Assembly (NCBI GenBank): GCA_036735985.1
Contig: DAINNH010000004.1
Location: 1 to 61,021 of the forward strand
Reading direction: 5' to 3'
Source of the DNA: Candidatus Alectryobacillus sp.
Lineage (GTDB): Bacteria; Bacillota_I; Bacilli_A; RFN20; CAG-826
Length of the DNA stretch: 61,021 nt
Part shown: positions 58,319 to 61,021 of the stretch, piece by piece
Position numbering within the stretch: position 1 is the first letter of the stretch
How the letters are laid out: each line of letters starts with the position of its first letter
Notes under the pieces: generated by a model
The model's database searches: none
The model's input: the letters and a program-made list of their open reading frames with translations, nothing else
Told to the model about the DNA's origin: nothing
Program-made: the position numbers and the translations under genes

Positions 58319-58753
58319 ATGAAAGATTATGATGTTTGTCGTCGTGAAGGTTGGAATGAATTAGATCCATTCTTAAAAGAATTATTTGGAGCTGAAACAT
58401 TAAATGAAACAAAAGCCCACGGCTTAATGAAAACTGATATAAAAGAAAATGATGATGATTATGAGGTAACAATTGATTTACCAAGCATTAAGAAAGAAGA
58501 TGTTAAGGTTTCTTTTGAAAATGGTTATTTAAATGTTAATGTTTCTCATAATGCAAATAACGATGAAAAGGATAAAAAAGGTAATTATATCCGTCGTGAA
58601 CGTTATTTTGGATCATATTCACGTTCTTACTATATTGGTGAAGATGTTTCTAAAGAGAATATTAGTGCCAAACTTGAAAATGGTACATTAAATCTCATTA
58701 TTAAGAAAGCTGTTAAACAAACAGAAGAAACTAAGTATATAGCGATTCAATAA
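58319..58753 (+). CDS. Hsp20 / alpha-crystallin small heat-shock protein
   Basis: MKTDIKE, IDLPS.KKEDVKV, YIRRERYFGSYSRS, ISAKLENGTL; CIRCE-controlled. Confidence 0.93.
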   Translation: MKDYDVCRREGWNELDPFLKELFGAETLNETKAHGLMKTDIKENDDDYEVTIDLPSIKKEDVKVSFENGYLNVNVSHNANNDEKDKKGNYIRRERYFGSYSRSYYIGEDVSKENISAKLENGTLNLIIKKAVKQTEETKYIAIQ

Positions 58754-58798
58754 AACTAAAGCAAAACTTTAGTTTCCACATATATGTTTTTCCAAGGG

Positions 58799-58823
58799 GA
58801 AGAGGCTAAATGCCTCTTTTTCT
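58799..58823 (+). terminator. Intrinsic terminator after hsp20
   Basis: AAGAGGC-taaat-GCCTCTT followed by T tract; a second AT-rich hairpin at 58753-58775. Confidence 0.7.
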
Positions 58824-58915
58824 TGTATTATCTAAAATATTGGAAAATTCGTCGTATTATGTTTACATAATTTTTATTTTATTATAGAATAATTGAGATT
58901 TAGGAGGGTAAAAAA

Positions 58916-59512
58916 ATGAATTTATTTTTACTTGACGCAGGTGCTATTATTGGTATCGTTGTTGGTTGCGTTTTAGGTGTAATTGTTATTGTTGTTGTCG
59001 CTATTATCGTCTGGTGGATTAAAACCATGAACTGGTTTAACCGTATGGTTGAACAAGTTAATGAATCCTTATCTGGTATTGATGTCGCTTTAACTAAAAG
59101 ATTTGATTTACTTACTAAGCAATTAGGTGTTGTTAAAGGCTATGCTAAGCATGAATACGAAACTTTAACTAAAACAATTGAAGCTCGTCGTCCATCTTCA
59201 CAATCAACTTTGGCTGATAAAGAAGCCTCTGCAAATGCTATGACTGATGTCTTAAGACAATTATCAGTTGTTGTTGAATCTTATCCAAATTTAAAAGCCG
59301 ATGCTCAATTTACATCTTTATCAAATCAAATTGTTGATATTGAAGAGCAATTACAAGCTGCTCGTCGTCTTTACAACTCCAATGTTAAATATTTCAACCA
59401 AAGATTAGTCACATGGCCAGCCAGCATTGTTGGTAAGCACTATGGGCATTCTAAATTCGAATTCTTTGAAGCTGAAGAATCTAAGAGAGCCGATGTTAAG
59501 ATTGAATTTTAA
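58916..59512 (+). CDS. lemA: LemA family protein
   Basis: N-terminal TM, IDVALTKRFDLL, VVESYPNLKA, ARRLYNS.V..FN.....WP..IV. Confidence 0.92.
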   Translation: MNLFLLDAGAIIGIVVGCVLGVIVIVVVAIIVWWIKTMNWFNRMVEQVNESLSGIDVALTKRFDLLTKQLGVVKGYAKHEYETLTKTIEARRPSSQSTLADKEASANAMTDVLRQLSVVVESYPNLKADAQFTSLSNQIVDIEEQLQAARRLYNSNVKYFNQRLVTWPASIVGKHYGHSKFEFFEAEESKRADVKIEF

Positions 59513-59526
59513 TCGGTTAAAATAAC

Positions 59527-60456
59527 ATGGCTACAGAAGTTGCAGATAAAACTATTGAAAGTCTTGAAGCTAAACGTCAAGAAGTTGCTAAAAAATGTAA
59601 AAGCCTCGATATTATTAGTATTATTTTTGGAATAATATCGGTAATAATTTTGCTTGTGGCTATTTTTGTCCAAATTGAAGCACTTTTCATAACATTTGGC
59701 GTTATTCTTGCGATTGCTTTCGTTTGCGAAATTATTTCGGCTGGACAAAAAGTTGGTTTTAAACGTACATTAGTTGATAATCTGTATAATGCTTATGCCA
59801 CTATAATTTACCAAAATCCTTATAAAATCCCAGAAAACGGCATTGATCCAAAATACATTGCCGCTTCCCAATTTTATAAACCATGGGATAGATATCTTGG
59901 AAAAAATTTCTTTCGGGCTACTTATAATGGCGTCGAATTTTATTCTAGTGACTTTGAGTTACAAGATTATCATTACGATTCCGAAAATAAAACGTCTTAT
60001 TATACAACTTATGCGAAAGGAATATTCTTTGTCTTTAATCTTCATAAAGCTATTCGCCATGATTTTATTGTTCAAGAAAAGTCTTTCGGATTTGAAATTT
60101 CTGGAGTCCATCAATTAAACAAGATTGAATTTGAATCTTTTGAGTATAACAAAAAATACAATACAACTTGTGATGATAAACTTTATGCCTTCTATATTGG
60201 CACTCCAAAGTTTATTGAAGGAATGATGCAATTCGAAAATTCTTTTGCCGGAACTACCTCTTTAAGAATTGTTGGTGACAAAGTGTATGTGGCGATTAAT
60301 AATTATTCTAGTAAGTTTAAATTTAGAATTAAGACTCCTATCACTCAAGAATATTTACATCAAATTCTCGATGAGATTGCGATGCCAAAAAGAATTATCG
60401 ATATGCTTGATCTTGATAACGATAAACTTAATAAATATGTTGAAGGAGAAATTTAA
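59527..60456 (+). CDS. DUF3137-like membrane protein (common lemA partner)
   Basis: Two N-terminal TMs, G.F.VF, EFES.E.NK.Y.....D...A.YI.TP.F.E. Confidence 0.7.
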   Translation: MATEVADKTIESLEAKRQEVAKKCKSLDIISIIFGIISVIILLVAIFVQIEALFITFGVILAIAFVCEIISAGQKVGFKRTLVDNLYNAYATIIYQNPYKIPENGIDPKYIAASQFYKPWDRYLGKNFFRATYNGVEFYSSDFELQDYHYDSENKTSYYTTYAKGIFFVFNLHKAIRHDFIVQEKSFGFEISGVHQLNKIEFESFEYNKKYNTTCDDKLYAFYIGTPKFIEGMMQFENSFAGTTSLRIVGDKVYVAINNYSSKFKFRIKTPITQEYLHQILDEIAMPKRIIDMLDLDNDKLNKYVEGEI

Positions 60457-60458
60457 TT

Positions 60459-60890
60459 ATGTTAATTGATACATTAAAAAAAGACAATATGCTAGCTTTA
60501 AAAGATCATAATACATCTAAAAGAGCCATATTATCGATAGTTATAAATAAATGGATGGTGGCTAGTACTGATGCAAAGGTTAAAGCCGCAGGTGGCGTTA
60601 GTGAAGCGGATATTATTTCCATGATTCAAAAAACCATCAAAGAAGTTGAAGAAGAAAAACTTGATTACGAAAAAGTAAACAATTCTATTAAATCTAAAGA
60701 CTGTGATTATCAAATTGAAGTTCTTCAATCTTATTTACCAAAAATGTTGTCAAAGGAAGAAATTAAGTCTATAATTGATACGCTTGAGGATAAATCTGTA
60801 CCAGCAGTTATGAAGCATTTTAAGACTAATTATGCTGGAAAAGTAGACATGGGTTTAGTTCTTCAAGTAACCAAAGAGATTAATGCTTAG
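60459..60890 (+). CDS. GatB/YqeY domain protein
   Basis: LKKD.M.ALK, EI.VL.SYLPK.LS.EEI, VMK.......GK.D. Confidence 0.85.
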   Translation: MLIDTLKKDNMLALKDHNTSKRAILSIVINKWMVASTDAKVKAAGGVSEADIISMIQKTIKEVEEEKLDYEKVNNSIKSKDCDYQIEVLQSYLPKMLSKEEIKSIIDTLEDKSVPAVMKHFKTNYAGKVDMGLVLQVTKEINA

Positions 60891-60946
60891 TTAATAGCTT
60901 CCGATTCCAAAAGGCGAAATTAGCTATTTGCATTAATTCGCCCTTT

Positions 60947-61020
60947 GGGGGTGTAGTACAATGGTAGTACAATGGTCTCCAAAACCACTGACGAGTGTTC
61001 GATTCATTCCACCCCCGCCA
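60947..61020 (+). tRNA. tRNA-Trp (CCA)
   Basis: 74-nt cloverleaf, loop CT-CCA-AA, G73, encoded CCA; A27.C43 mismatch at the top of the anticodon stem. Confidence 0.93.
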
Positions 61021-61021
61021 T

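Noticed and set aside
756-60728. About 45 short ORFs (60-130 aa) in the track lying antisense or out of frame within long genes
   Set aside because: They overlap well-supported CDS, have no SD or family motif, and their composition reflects the host frame; treated as shadow ORFs.
118-60890. Genetic code 4 (UGA=Trp)
   Set aside because: No conserved gene is split by TGA, Trp is encoded by TGG in motifs, and TGA ends four genes, three in ATGA-type overlaps.

Overview
AT-rich (roughly 30% GC by eye) chromosomal segment of a Bacillota/Bacilli-type bacterium using code 11. It is lipoprotein-rich, carries CIRCE and cre-like boxes, and possibly belongs to an uncultured gut lineage (inference). I support 46 CDS, 3 tRNA genes (one partial), 2 riboswitches (lysine, yybP-ykoY/Mn2+), and several terminators and operators. 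No IS, phage, rRNA or CRISPR signal was seen. Left third: a starch/maltodextrin locus (malEFG, lipoprotein amylase, an 849-aa MsmK-like ATPase, two orphan lipoproteins, lipoprotein pullulanase, malQ, alpha-glucosidase + MFS). Middle: typA, a lysine-riboswitch amino-acid ABC importer, a cls-ABC exporter-ADH-galMTK gene string, and a riboswitch-led P-type ATPase string ending in an MFS-GH2 fusion. Right: a GH32 lacking two catalytic Asp, NatAB-like ABC, a RR/HK/binding-protein three-component system, an mglBAC importer with a circularly permuted MglB and an MglC with a duplicated helical domain, a degenerate PlsX, housekeeping genes, hsp20 with tandem CIRCE, and lemA. The most notable items are the transporter-glycosidase fusion, the lipoprotein-based surface starch system, two sugar ABC components with large helical add-ons, two probable pseudoenzymes, and non-canonical tRNAs together with near-absence of CGG. 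All family calls come from motif recognition, not database searches.
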